This document shows positions 19,200 through 29,047 of a stretch of 64,000 nt of DNA, one piece after another. The stretch comes from an uncultured virus (IMG/VR IMGVR_UViG_3300013232_000195) (taxonomy: Duplodnaviria; Heunggongvirae; Uroviricota; Caudoviricetes). The position numbers and the translations under genes are program-made. Where the stretch lies: IMG/VR virus record IMGVR_UViG_3300013232_000195; one strand, given 5' to 3'. The notes beneath the pieces are model-generated. The model saw only the letters and a program-made list of their open reading frames with translations. It was not told where the DNA came from and searched no databases. The stretch's first letter is position 1. Every line of letters begins with the position of its first letter.

Positions 19200-19459
19200 G
19201 AGCAATGAACAAGGCACAGAACCATGGGTACCCCGCTGCCAGCCAAGGTCGGAACTCAGCCATGGCTGATCATTCTCCGAGGAAGATCGCGCCCAGTGAT
19301 CGGCAAGAAGATCACTTTCCGAAATCATGAGCATGGTTCTAAGTGGATCACTGGAATCGTCACGAGGATCGATCCGCTGTCCATCTCGCTGTTGTGAGGC
19401 AGATAAATGTGCTTGACTTTCATGTGAAATGTGGCATCTTTGACCACGGAGGTTAACTC

Positions 19460-19858
19460 ATGGGCCTTGATCTAACCCTCGTCCCAATTCGCAGCCACAA
19501 GGGCATGGGCGGCAGCGCTTGGTGGCTCGGCTACGACCGCCTCTCCCTCGACCGCGACGGCCTGGGACACATGATCGGTGGAAACGATGACAATGAATCG
19601 ACCCCCGTCAAGACCAAGCCGCTCCCCAAGAACGTCAAGTTCGACTGGTATGACGACGATGGATGCAAGCAAACCCAAAACGACTCCTACGGTTCGCCCC
19701 TCGAGTATGCGCTCGCTGGCGACCTCGCCAACTCCATGGGTTCCTACATCATGGAGAACCTGGATGATGACCGCAAATTCTCCCCTTGGAACCATGCCGT
19801 CATCGCCTTCATCGACGCCTTGCCCAAGGATACCCCTGTCGTCCTCTACTGGCATTAA
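19460..19858 (+). CDS. hypothetical protein
   Basis: GGAGGT RBS; promoter-like TTGACT-16-CATCTT at 19413-19440. Confidence 0.7.
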   Translation: MGLDLTLVPIRSHKGMGGSAWWLGYDRLSLDRDGLGHMIGGNDDNESTPVKTKPLPKNVKFDWYDDDGCKQTQNDSYGSPLEYALAGDLANSMGSYIMENLDDDRKFSPWNHAVIAFIDALPKDTPVVLYWH

Positions 19859-19868
19859 AGGTGATTCC

Positions 19869-20123
19869 ATGACAAAGAAAAAGAAGAAACCGATGTCGCT
19901 AGATGAACAGAAGAAGCTGCAACTACAGTTCCTAGATGCCATGGTGATGCAGACGAAGGGCGAACTCGTCTACATGGCGTCCATGCGCCATTTCGCCACC
20001 AAGGCCGAGGAACGAGAGTGGGTTCAGACCATTGGCCAAGAGCATGACAAGGCCAAGAAACGCCTCGAAAAACTCGAGGAAACCATTCAACAGTTGAAGT
20101 CTGAGGTCGGAGACGAGCCATGA
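19869..20123 (+). CDS. hypothetical protein
   Basis: AAGGTG RBS. Confidence 0.6.
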   Translation: MTKKKKKPMSLDEQKKLQLQFLDAMVMQTKGELVYMASMRHFATKAEEREWVQTIGQEHDKAKKRLEKLEETIQQLKSEVGDEP

Positions 20124-20335
20124 TGTTCGGAACGAAAGAGATCATTGAGGCCATTGATGCGGCAATGACACGTCGCTTCGAGATCCTCATCAAACATGGC
20201 ATGGAACCAATCAAAGCCCGCCAACGCGTCCTCAAGGAACTCGAGAAGTCCCTCAATCGCCTCATGAAAGACTTCGTTTTTCCAGAGGAGATGGGTTCTG
20301 AGGCCAGACTCGACCTGGACGAGGATGGAGAGTGA
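20120..20335 (+). CDS. hypothetical protein
   Basis: ATGA overlap. Confidence 0.6.
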   Translation: MMFGTKEIIEAIDAAMTRRFEILIKHGMEPIKARQRVLKELEKSLNRLMKDFVFPEEMGSEARLDLDEDGE

Positions 20336-20338
20336 ACC

Positions 20339-20575
20339 ATGCGGTGGTTTAGAAAACCAGAACCACCCGCGAGGGCCGTGGGTGAAACGCGGTTCGTTAC
20401 CCGCTTCTTGTGGTGGCCAGTCGAATTGCTCGATCAACGAAGCGGAGGGGGCGGGATTCAAACCCGCTGGCTCGAACGTGCCACCATCTACCAAGAATAC
20501 GTTTCCGACCCCACCTACGAGGACAGGTCCAGATGTCACTGGAAAGACATCAGCTTTTTCGACGAAGATCTTTAG
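20339..20575 (+). CDS. hypothetical protein
   Basis: Coupled ORF. Confidence 0.6.
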   Translation: MRWFRKPEPPARAVGETRFVTRFLWWPVELLDQRSGGGGIQTRWLERATIYQEYVSDPTYEDRSRCHWKDISFFDEDL

Positions 20576-20584
20576 GAGTAGCCA

Positions 20585-20914
20585 ATGCCCCTTCGCGTCA
20601 CCATCGAAATCGTCCCCCATGGAGTCGAATCAGCCAAGCGCAAGCTCGCCTCCATCGAGATCATCAACGACCTCACGGGAACGCAAGACTTTGGAAACTA
20701 CACCATCATTGCCAATGGCGAACGCGAAAACGTTTGGGAGCGCATCTTCAAAGGCAAGATCATAGGAGTCCCACGTGGCGATTACCTCAGTTGCACGATT
20801 GCCTGTCTGAAGGCCCTCGAGGATGGAAAACATGAACAACCGTCCGAAGCATCCGATACTGGAAAAGAAGCTAAAGGTTCTGTACGCGGAAATGGACGCC
20901 GCCGAGGCAAGTAA
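20585..20914 (+). CDS. hypothetical protein
   Basis: TAGGAG RBS. Confidence 0.6.
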   Translation: MPLRVTIEIVPHGVESAKRKLASIEIINDLTGTQDFGNYTIIANGERENVWERIFKGKIIGVPRGDYLSCTIACLKALEDGKHEQPSEASDTGKEAKGSVRGNGRRRGK

Positions 20915-21044
20915 CGACTTCGTCGAATGCATGCTCCTCGCCGACAAGATCTGGAAGATAGAGGACAAGCTCTTCGGCAAGGAAGTCATCACGGGAAGCC
21001 TCCACGGCATCACCAAGGACGGGAAGAAAGTCAAGTTGGGTTGA
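20823..21044 (+). CDS. hypothetical protein
   Basis: Overlaps tail of previous ORF. Confidence 0.5.
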   Translation: MENMNNRPKHPILEKKLKVLYAEMDAAEASNDFVECMLLADKIWKIEDKLFGKEVITGSLHGITKDGKKVKLG

Positions 21045-21053
21045 GGAGCAACC

Positions 21054-21305
21054 ATGGAAGACGATAAGGAAGTCAAGAAGATCGTGTCTAGAATGCTCGG
21101 AAGCGAGGATCAACTACTCGCGACCATGATCGAGTATGACACCAACGACCTCCTCGAGGCCTATGGAAGAGTCTGCGCCCACATGAAAGAAATGCCATAC
21201 CCATCCGACCGCGACCTGGCCAAAATCCTCATCCACCTCGGGATGGGCCGCATCCTCTACGCCAAGGGAACCAGCGAACTCGAACAAAAGGATCAAAACC
21301 CATGA
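21054..21305 (+). CDS. hypothetical protein
   Basis: GAGGAG RBS. Confidence 0.6.
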   Translation: MEDDKEVKKIVSRMLGSEDQLLATMIEYDTNDLLEAYGRVCAHMKEMPYPSDRDLAKILIHLGMGRILYAKGTSELEQKDQNP

Positions 21306-22318
21306 ACCGCAGAGACTTCCTCTCCCTCACAGCAGCCTCCCTCGCCGCCATGAGCCTAAAGGCCAACGAGGTTTCATCAGAACCAACGCAAGGAAATGAA
21401 CCACTCCTCGCGTCATCCATGCTCTTCGAACCATCATTCATGTCCACTTCCTACTTGGTTGACCCAAGAGCCATACCCCATACCATCCTCCTCAACGACG
21501 AAAGCCCCTTCTGGAAGAATACGGAGAAGTACTTTGGCGTCAAGAGCGATTGGGGAGGATTCCCCATTCCAAAGCTGATCTTCTGGCGTGGAGATAACAT
21601 TCCCGCCGATAAGAGATACCAGTCCGTCTATTACGTGAACGACGAGAACTGCCGCGAGATGTCCAATCCCAGAATCCCGCCCAAGGACTCACACATCAGA
21701 AAGGTCATCAAACCGAAACCGTACACCATAAAAGACCTTCGCGAGAACAACTACACACACGTCATGCTGGACTGGATCACTCCACCCAACAAAGCCAATG
21801 ACGAGCTGGACGTCATGCTCGTCACCCTTCTTGATCTAGCATCCCATACCTCCGAACAACACATGCCAGCGCCCGTCTGGGGAACGCGCAAGCAGTCCCA
21901 GTCCCTCGTCTCGAGGATGCATGACGCGGACTACTACCTATACCGCAAAGGATACCCCACGTCCCGACAACTCCTTACACACCCCTCCAATATCAAGAAA
22001 GTCGTAGACACATTCCTGCGATGCCAGGAAGTCAACGACAAGCTAAACCAAGCCTTCGCCGAGTACGCCATGAAGCCCCACTTGGCGGGAGGCATCTGGA
22101 TAGTCCCCCAAGGCCCGGAGGTCGCGGGAAGGGTCGAGAAGTACAAGGTCGAACGTAAGAACGCCCAAACCTACGCCTACACCTCCAAGGCCTGCCCCAA
22201 GAACGTCGCCTACCTCACCGCGTCCAAGGAATGGCTCGGGCCGTTCCAGCAGTCCGAGAATGGCCAGATCATCATGGCCGTCCTAAACGATACCGCAGTC
22301 ACCAAGATCGAACTCTAA
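21302..22318 (+). CDS. Tat-signal protein, possible capsid-fold paralog
   Basis: MNRRDFL twin-arginine signal; C-terminus shared with next gene. Confidence 0.7.
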   Translation: MNRRDFLSLTAASLAAMSLKANEVSSEPTQGNEPLLASSMLFEPSFMSTSYLVDPRAIPHTILLNDESPFWKNTEKYFGVKSDWGGFPIPKLIFWRGDNIPADKRYQSVYYVNDENCREMSNPRIPPKDSHIRKVIKPKPYTIKDLRENNYTHVMLDWITPPNKANDELDVMLVTLLDLASHTSEQHMPAPVWGTRKQSQSLVSRMHDADYYLYRKGYPTSRQLLTHPSNIKKVVDTFLRCQEVNDKLNQAFAEYAMKPHLAGGIWIVPQGPEVAGRVEKYKVERKNAQTYAYTSKACPKNVAYLTASKEWLGPFQQSENGQIIMAVLNDTAVTKIEL

Positions 22319-22327
22319 GGAGCCACC

Positions 22328-23191
22328 ATGAACCGCAGAAGCTTCCTCTCCTTGTCCGCAGCGGCAACCGCCGCTGCCGCATTGCCCGTCAGTTCCTTGT
22401 TCGCTGGGGAAGAGAAGAAGCCCCAAAGACTTGCGCAGTTCGATGATGCGTGTACGGCCAGAACATTCCTCAACTACTACCAAGATCCAGACGACTACAA
22501 GTGGGTCGAGGCGGGCATGCGTCCTCCTTGTGAGCCGCGCAAACACGTTGGCTGGTACGCGAGAGCCTACTCCTTCCTCCCCGCAATGCCGAAGAAGTAC
22601 CCGCGCCTAGAAGAATGCCAGCCCACCATTCTGGATTACGAATACAAGATCGAAGGCGATATCCACAACATGCCCATCATGCGTTGCCATGTCGTCGTCC
22701 CATGGGTTGAGGTCTGGGGAAACTCCGCAAGGGAAGTCAACCTCGCCAAACAAAAGATGCTCGTTGACCTTCTGGAACATGCGGCCACCGCTTCATTCAG
22801 TAGGCATGGTGACGGAGAACCTTGGTGGAAAACGGAAGTCTTCCGCGACCACGTCCACAGCGCGGACCACCGTCTCAAGAACATGGGATTCCCAAACGTC
22901 CGACAGATCCTCATGCCGTGTAGGAAGCTGTCTCCACTTGGCGCAATCTCAACCAGCTCTAGAGCAGTCGACATGCTCGTCGAGGCCCTGGAAGTCATCC
23001 ACCTGGACAGCAATAGCCCCGTCGGAGTCATGGGCTGCGAGTCTTGCCCCGAAAACGTCATGTTCCTAACCGCTGGAAGCAAGCATCTCGGCTCCTTCGA
23101 GCAATGCTCCTACGTCCACGGGGGACATTACATCTCCCACGTCAACATGGCCGTCCTCAACGACTACGCCGTCACAAAGATCACGTTCTAG
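22328..23191 (+). CDS. Tat-signal protein, possible capsid-fold paralog
   Basis: MNRRSFL twin-arginine signal; CPENVMFLTA...MAVLNDYAVTKI. Confidence 0.7.
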   Translation: MNRRSFLSLSAAATAAAALPVSSLFAGEEKKPQRLAQFDDACTARTFLNYYQDPDDYKWVEAGMRPPCEPRKHVGWYARAYSFLPAMPKKYPRLEECQPTILDYEYKIEGDIHNMPIMRCHVVVPWVEVWGNSAREVNLAKQKMLVDLLEHAATASFSRHGDGEPWWKTEVFRDHVHSADHRLKNMGFPNVRQILMPCRKLSPLGAISTSSRAVDMLVEALEVIHLDSNSPVGVMGCESCPENVMFLTAGSKHLGSFEQCSYVHGGHYISHVNMAVLNDYAVTKITF

Positions 23192-23200
23192 GAGACCACC

Positions 23201-23908
23201 ATGCAACGCTTCCGATCCAGACACGTCATCGAGGCCGTCCAGTGGAAGGGCGATAACGAAGAGGAGGTCAGAGAGTTCTCTGACTTCATCGCCATCAAAC
23301 GCGGCAACTCTCCCATCGTCTTCACCCCCAAGCTGTCCGATTGCCTCGGCATCGTGGTGAACGACGTCCAACTGCTATCCCCTAACGGAACCATGCACCA
23401 AGTCAACAGAGGCCATTGGATCTTCCTGGACAACGATAACTTCGTCCGCGTCAAGGAGGACATCGCCTTCCGCATCCTCTTCGAACATGTCCCCGAACCC
23501 ATCCCAGAACCAGACGATCTGGTGCTGGATCTGGTTCTGGATGGACAAGAATACCCCCACTTGCCAGGACGGTTTCATGGCGTCTTCAAGAACAGCAACG
23601 AGATACTGTCCTACCTGCTGACCATGAAGAAAGGTGACCCCTTCGCAGATTGCCCCAGTTGCGGGAAGGAATGGCAAGTCCCCATGACTTCCAGGCTCTG
23701 GAAGTCCGCCAAGAACCATAATAAGAAGGGCAAGAAGGCCTCGGTCCTCTGCGTCAATTGCAACGAGCGGGAGGCCATCGCCAAACACCAGCGCTACGAG
23801 GACATCCCCGATCGCGAAGACCTGAAGGACGAGATCAAAGACTCCATGTCAGTCGGCATCGAGCGGGAGTCGTGCAGAACCAGCAAACGCAAGCATAGAA
23901 AAAGGTAG
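23201..23908 (+). CDS. hypothetical protein with zinc-ribbon-like CxxC pairs
   Basis: IEAVQWKG N-terminus; CPSC and CVNC. Confidence 0.65.
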   Translation: MQRFRSRHVIEAVQWKGDNEEEVREFSDFIAIKRGNSPIVFTPKLSDCLGIVVNDVQLLSPNGTMHQVNRGHWIFLDNDNFVRVKEDIAFRILFEHVPEPIPEPDDLVLDLVLDGQEYPHLPGRFHGVFKNSNEILSYLLTMKKGDPFADCPSCGKEWQVPMTSRLWKSAKNHNKKGKKASVLCVNCNEREAIAKHQRYEDIPDREDLKDEIKDSMSVGIERESCRTSKRKHRKR

Positions 23909-23910
23909 CC

Positions 23911-24222
23911 ATGACCGCCATCAAGGTGACCATAACGAGATTCGTGCGCGAAGACCAGCCTGGCTGGGTCGCCTTCGAGTTCGTGGATGCCCATGGAAGC
24001 CCACGGCAGTTCGTCGAAAAGGCTCCCATCGTCAGCATCGAGGAACTCACCAAGACATCCCAATACCCAAGACAAGGCTTCCTAGACGTGGAAGTCTTAG
24101 GGCGGAAGACAAAGGAAAGCCAAGAGGTCGTCATAGTCGACACGTCCAAGCCATGGGGCGTCGAGTCGGTCGATGGAGTCACCCAGTTCGAGGTCTCCCA
24201 AGATTCGCTCGTCATGCTGTAA
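23911..24222 (+). CDS. conserved hypothetical protein
   Basis: QPGWV.....DA.G....F.EK and PWGVES motifs. Confidence 0.65.
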   Translation: MTAIKVTITRFVREDQPGWVAFEFVDAHGSPRQFVEKAPIVSIEELTKTSQYPRQGFLDVEVLGRKTKESQEVVIVDTSKPWGVESVDGVTQFEVSQDSLVML

Positions 24223-24235
24223 AGGGAATGACACG

Positions 24236-24670
24236 ATGACCAGAGACGAACTCGCAACCTTCCTCCGCCTCAACCAGGAATTCCATGCCACTGCCGACGT
24301 GATCAAGAAACTACTGCAAAAGGGCATGTCCAAGGCAAACGTGGAGAAGCATATCGGCGTTTGCTCCAGCTTCGAAATCCTCTTCCAGCCCCACCACTAC
24401 CACCTACTCATGTTCGCCAACCCCCACGCGCTGGCCGAAAACGCGCACGTCTTGTTCGGGGAAGACGGAAACGACGATGGAGTCGTCCTGAAAGTCCCAC
24501 TCAAGGCCTTCTTCTGCACAGACGAGGAAAGAAAGCGCCTGGCCCAAGAATCCGTCAACGAGTTCGTCGCGGAATTCATGGAAGACCAAGCCCGCAGAGA
24601 CAGGCAAAACGAGGCCAAAGACCGCGAGACCTACGAGAGACTAAAGAAGAGGTTCGAGAAAGGAAGCTGA
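24236..24670 (+). CDS. hypothetical protein
   Basis: Coupled ORF. Confidence 0.6.
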   Translation: MTRDELATFLRLNQEFHATADVIKKLLQKGMSKANVEKHIGVCSSFEILFQPHHYHLLMFANPHALAENAHVLFGEDGNDDGVVLKVPLKAFFCTDEERKRLAQESVNEFVAEFMEDQARRDRQNEAKDRETYERLKKRFEKGS

Positions 24671-24672
24671 CC

Positions 24673-25086
24673 ATGCCTAAAATCCTCTCCAAGAAGGAAC
24701 TGCGCTTGCTACTGAAGGTTCCCACCACCGTCAGGCAAGCCAAGCAGATCATCAGACGCAACAAGCTAGCCCTGAAGGCCTTGCTGGCAAACGAGGAGAA
24801 AACATTCGCAGTCGGTTGCCCACATTGCAAGGGCTCTTGCGATTCATGCGCCTACCCAGAAGGAAACAGGCTATTCGGAGACCAATGCCTGAGCTACATG
24901 TTCGGAGGAGTGAACTACTACCTGGTCTGTAACTTCATATCTCTTTCACCAGAGGCCATCAAGGTTCATTCAAGCCCCGAATCAAGCGGAATGGATCGCC
25001 GCATCAAACAAGACCTCGCCATCCGCTGGCTCCAGGGTCACATCGAGTGGGCCGAGGCCGTCATCAAGGCCAAAGGAACCAAATGA
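24673..25086 (+). CDS. hypothetical protein
   Basis: AAGGA RBS; CxxC-x-CxxC. Confidence 0.6.
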   Translation: MPKILSKKELRLLLKVPTTVRQAKQIIRRNKLALKALLANEEKTFAVGCPHCKGSCDSCAYPEGNRLFGDQCLSYMFGGVNYYLVCNFISLSPEAIKVHSSPESSGMDRRIKQDLAIRWLQGHIEWAEAVIKAKGTK

Positions 25087-25316
25087 CCCTCTACCACCGT
25101 CGCCTCCATGCCGCCACCAAAGCCTTCAAGAAGGCCACCGCCAAGGAATACTCCAACATCAAGGCGGGCAAGTGGATCATCGACGACTCCACCGAGATGG
25201 GACACCCCGTCCAGTACTGGTGGCGCAAATGCCACTGGCATTGCTTGGGCAAGATGAATGGCGTTTTCTCCGTCTGCTTCGAGGGAAACTCTTCTAAGCC
25301 CATCCCTGTAACATAA
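25083..25316 (+). CDS. hypothetical protein
   Basis: ATGA overlap. Confidence 0.55.
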   Translation: MTLYHRRLHAATKAFKKATAKEYSNIKAGKWIIDDSTEMGHPVQYWWRKCHWHCLGKMNGVFSVCFEGNSSKPIPVT

Positions 25317-25477
25317 ATATCCATAACTAACGTTAATTCAAAGAGTTATTAAAAACAATCAATGTGACGCAGTTTTTGTTCTTGCCATGCGTTGGCGCTT
25401 GAGATATCTTGTCTGTTGACGTTGGTGGACAGCGGACAAGTAAATGTCCACGGGATTGAACCGACAAGGAGATCAAA

Positions 25478-27628
25478 ATGCCCATGCCACGGCAATACGT
25501 AGACGACACCAGGATTCCGCCAACGATTGGAGACCCATACGTTTCTAATCTGGCTACCTTGCTCGTTTGTTGCATCAGGGAATTTCATTCAAACAGCAAC
25601 AACTACGATGCTAAAAAGGCCTACGCCTTCATGGCTTACCACAACAAGAAAGATTACCTCATATACGCACATAACGGAGGTCCCTTTTTAAGCCTTGACA
25701 AAATCTGTACCTTGGGACTCACTCCATCAAAGACGGAATCCATGCGCGGCGCGTACAACGGACTCGGTCTCATCCACTCCGCCATGACCTTGCATGGCGA
25801 AGAACCATGCCTCATGATCGCTAGCCGTACCCCTCAAGACGGCTTCGTCGCCGCTTCCAGTCACATCAACGTGGAAGACAGGACGTCCGTCATCACCCCG
25901 AATGACGAGGAGGTTCTCGAACTCATCAAGGAACGCTGGGGAGAAAATGAACCATTGGAATACACCGTCTTCTACATCGTCAGAGTCGAGATCCGCGACA
26001 AGGACAGAAGCAGCAATGGAACCTACTTCTCTCAGCCAAACATGAACGACTTGCCGTTCCTGCATGAAGACCTCTTCCGTGACATCGAGTTCAGGTACGC
26101 AGAGCGACAAGTCGGGCTCCCCTCGTACGGTAAGATCCAGAAGTCGGCAATAAACGACGTAGAACGATACAAGTCCATCGAAAGCATGCACAAGTACGAG
26201 AAGCTCGACGGTGGCCGTGGCGTCGGCAGCAGCGGAAGCACCAGGGCTCCCGTTATGGCCATGGAAGACTTCAAAAAGGCATACTCGACGCACGAATTCT
26301 CCATGAAAACCGCACCCGTGGAATTCAAGCTTGAGTCCGCCGACGAAGATGTCGCCCGAATGGCATTCAAAATCGGCTTTTTCATCTGCCCAAACATCAG
26401 CGAGAAAGAAAATAGCCCGACTAGTTGGCTCACCGTCTTGAACCAAGTCGAAAGCGACCCCGTCGATGACATGATCCCCTCCAAGGGACATTGGCTCGCC
26501 GCCTCTGATGGCAAGGTGACTCTGTTCTCCATCCACGACGGAGAACGCTTCGTCCCTTGCGGACTCTCCAGCCCGGAATCCAATCCAAGAAAAGCCATGG
26601 AAAACCTCGGAGCTAAAGACGGTGGAGATGGCTACCAAGCAGACATGGAACTGGTCAAGAGAAAACGCTCCAAGCGCGGCTACTTCTTCTCCTTCAATGG
26701 CGGTAAACCTCAGTTCGTCCATGTCAAAAAATGGAAGTTCAGCGGCTCACAACCAGGAAAGAAACCCCGTAATGGAGCCTTCCTCACCTTCTCTTCCGCC
26801 GCCTCGGAGGTCTCCTCGGTCTCCCACAGCCGATTCAAAAACGGTGCATGCTTCTTCCAGGCCTCGCCAGCCGAGTTCATGAGCAAACTCGGCCTCAGTT
26901 ACTCCTTGAGCGAAGGCAAACGACGCGACAGGTCCCCCTTCGTCATCATGCAAATCGACGTGTTCTGGATGGATGAACATGTCACCATGTGTTCCTCAAG
27001 CCTTGACAAGAACGTAGAGATAAGGAAAATAAGCCCGTTCCGAATCCTCGAGAAGTACTTCCGACGTCGCGCCGATTTCCTCATGGGCAACCAGTCCCTC
27101 TGCTTCAATTTGATGAAGGAGGCATGCGCCGCTGCCGTAAACCAAGGCCTCGTCACTCGTGAGATGAAAGAAGTCTGCGCCAAGTACTGGCCCATCGACA
27201 GTACTGGAGTCTTCACCATTCCACTGGGATCAGAAATAGATTATCCCAAACCCGCCAAGGTCGTTGTGCATGACCTTCTTGCAGAGGGTTCCCCAAGACT
27301 CGCCAGAGACCTTCACCTCGGAGGAACCTACCTTTGCGCCTCCTTCTGCCGACCAGCGAACAAATGGCTCAGATACGGTGACTTCACCCCTTGCACCAAA
27401 GGCTTTGAAATCATGGACGGCAAGCCAATCGTCTTCGCCGCACAAGGAACCCAACGCAATATCATCGAGAAAAACATCAGAGCGCTCTCTGAACTCTATG
27501 GCCACGAACCCGTCCCCTTCCTGCTCGCCATAGATAAGTCCATCCAGAAACTCGTCCTCGAAGTCGAAGATGCCGAAACCCTCCAGAAGTTCGTCCTGGA
27601 TTCCGATGAAAAGGAGATCATGCCATGA
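25478..27628 (+). CDS. large protein with degenerate N-terminal GHKL (HATPase)-like motifs
   Basis: IREFHSNS..DA, HNGG, GAYNGLG resemble GHKL N/G1/G2 boxes; AAGGAG RBS. Confidence 0.55.
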   Translation: MPMPRQYVDDTRIPPTIGDPYVSNLATLLVCCIREFHSNSNNYDAKKAYAFMAYHNKKDYLIYAHNGGPFLSLDKICTLGLTPSKTESMRGAYNGLGLIHSAMTLHGEEPCLMIASRTPQDGFVAASSHINVEDRTSVITPNDEEVLELIKERWGENEPLEYTVFYIVRVEIRDKDRSSNGTYFSQPNMNDLPFLHEDLFRDIEFRYAERQVGLPSYGKIQKSAINDVERYKSIESMHKYEKLDGGRGVGSSGSTRAPVMAMEDFKKAYSTHEFSMKTAPVEFKLESADEDVARMAFKIGFFICPNISEKENSPTSWLTVLNQVESDPVDDMIPSKGHWLAASDGKVTLFSIHDGERFVPCGLSSPESNPRKAMENLGAKDGGDGYQADMELVKRKRSKRGYFFSFNGGKPQFVHVKKWKFSGSQPGKKPRNGAFLTFSSAASEVSSVSHSRFKNGACFFQASPAEFMSKLGLSYSLSEGKRRDRSPFVIMQIDVFWMDEHVTMCSSSLDKNVEIRKISPFRILEKYFRRRADFLMGNQSLCFNLMKEACAAAVNQGLVTREMKEVCAKYWPIDSTGVFTIPLGSEIDYPKPAKVVVHDLLAEGSPRLARDLHLGGTYLCASFCRPANKWLRYGDFTPCTKGFEIMDGKPIVFAAQGTQRNIIEKNIRALSELYGHEPVPFLLAIDKSIQKLVLEVEDAETLQKFVLDSDEKEIMP

Positions 27629-28230
27629 AGAAAAAAAAGCCAATCACCACCGCAAAATGGGTCAACGTCGATGAAACCTCCGAACTAACCGAAAGGGATA
27701 CCGTCAAACCCAATCGACGTGTCACCGCTACCGCCTTGGGTAACCTCGTCATCTTCGGAAACATCGTGGAATGCCCCGCCAGAAGAGCCCCGCCAACCCC
27801 ACGTCGTGGGAAAACCGAGGACATCATCGATAATGGCGAGTTCGACCCCTCTTGCTCAAGGGACGAGAGAATCCTCTGCGACTGGACGGAAGAATGTGGC
27901 GGAATGTTGCAACTCAACAGACACCACTCCTTCTACGCCTACTTCAAAGATGGCAAAAATCCACGAGTATACCCCCTCTTGCGGAAGATCTACGACTACC
28001 TCAACGCCTACGCCAAGTCGGTCGTCGCCTCCACAGAGAAAATCTCGTCCGTCGACATCTCGGAAGTCTGCATCGAAATACCATACAACCCGTCCAAACA
28101 CGACTACATCCTCAACGCCACCATCAAAGCTGCCATCGATAACCAGCACGGACCAGTACGTCGATGGATCGAGGAACTCGGCAACACCAGAAACAAATAC
28201 GCAAACGAACTCGCCAGTAACCAGGATTGA
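27625..28230 (+). CDS. hypothetical protein
   Basis: ATGA overlap. Confidence 0.65.
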   Translation: MKKKKPITTAKWVNVDETSELTERDTVKPNRRVTATALGNLVIFGNIVECPARRAPPTPRRGKTEDIIDNGEFDPSCSRDERILCDWTEECGGMLQLNRHHSFYAYFKDGKNPRVYPLLRKIYDYLNAYAKSVVASTEKISSVDISEVCIEIPYNPSKHDYILNATIKAAIDNQHGPVRRWIEELGNTRNKYANELASNQD

Positions 28231-28245
28231 GCAAAAGGAGATCCC

Positions 28246-28581
28246 ATGGCCAGCCCCGCAAAAATCAAAAAACTCCAACTCGCCGTCGAAACCCAGAGAA
28301 AATGGATCAGAGATCGTGGCCTGACCCCGGAAGGATACAAGGCCTTCTACGGCAACGACTTCGATCAAGAACCCATCCGCTTCGGCTCTGGTGGCCTCAC
28401 CATCTGGGCCTCCGACGTGGCTTGTCTGGCCGAAGCCATCGGTGAACTGCGCAAAGCCCAAAAAGGCGGCCCACAGTACACCCCCCTGGACGCCAGAATG
28501 GCCATAATGGTCGTCCTGCGAGAAGCTGAGACGCTAAAACGGTGCTACTCCAAGTCCTTGCCCCCAGAACATGCGAAATAA
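28246..28581 (+). CDS. hypothetical protein
   Basis: AAGGAG RBS. Confidence 0.6.
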   Translation: MASPAKIKKLQLAVETQRKWIRDRGLTPEGYKAFYGNDFDQEPIRFGSGGLTIWASDVACLAEAIGELRKAQKGGPQYTPLDARMAIMVVLREAETLKRCYSKSLPPEHAK

Positions 28582-28607
28582 CCTCCAACGCGAGAAAGGA
28601 AAAACAC

Positions 28608-28958
28608 ATGAAGAAAGATCGTTACTCAAGGGAAGAGGTCATCGTCCTCTCCTACCTGGCTAGATATGGAAACTCCTCCACAAACATGGAATCCATCATC
28701 TTCAACACAGTCCAAGTCATCCGCTCCTCTAAAGGCTTCGAGCCAAGACCCGTCAACCACATCAGAATGAAACTCCGTAACATCACCTCCTTGCTGAAAA
28801 ACCATGGCGTCGAATATAATAGGAAATTCACACCCCTCTCGGGAGTTAAACTTGGCTGCCCAGCCAGGTTGACCGATTGGAACGTAGTCAATGCTTGCCT
28901 TGGACTCGAACAAGCAGAACACAAGGCCTTGGTACGTCACTTCTGCTCCACGTTCTAG
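28608..28958 (+). CDS. hypothetical protein
   Basis: AAGGA RBS. Confidence 0.6.
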   Translation: MKKDRYSREEVIVLSYLARYGNSSTNMESIIFNTVQVIRSSKGFEPRPVNHIRMKLRNITSLLKNHGVEYNRKFTPLSGVKLGCPARLTDWNVVNACLGLEQAEHKALVRHFCSTF

Positions 28959-29047
28959 GCCAAATGCCTAGAACGTGCCAAACCCCTTTACTACACGCCA
29001 TGCCCATGCTATACTACCCATAGGTCAGACCCATAGGAGCCCTCAGC

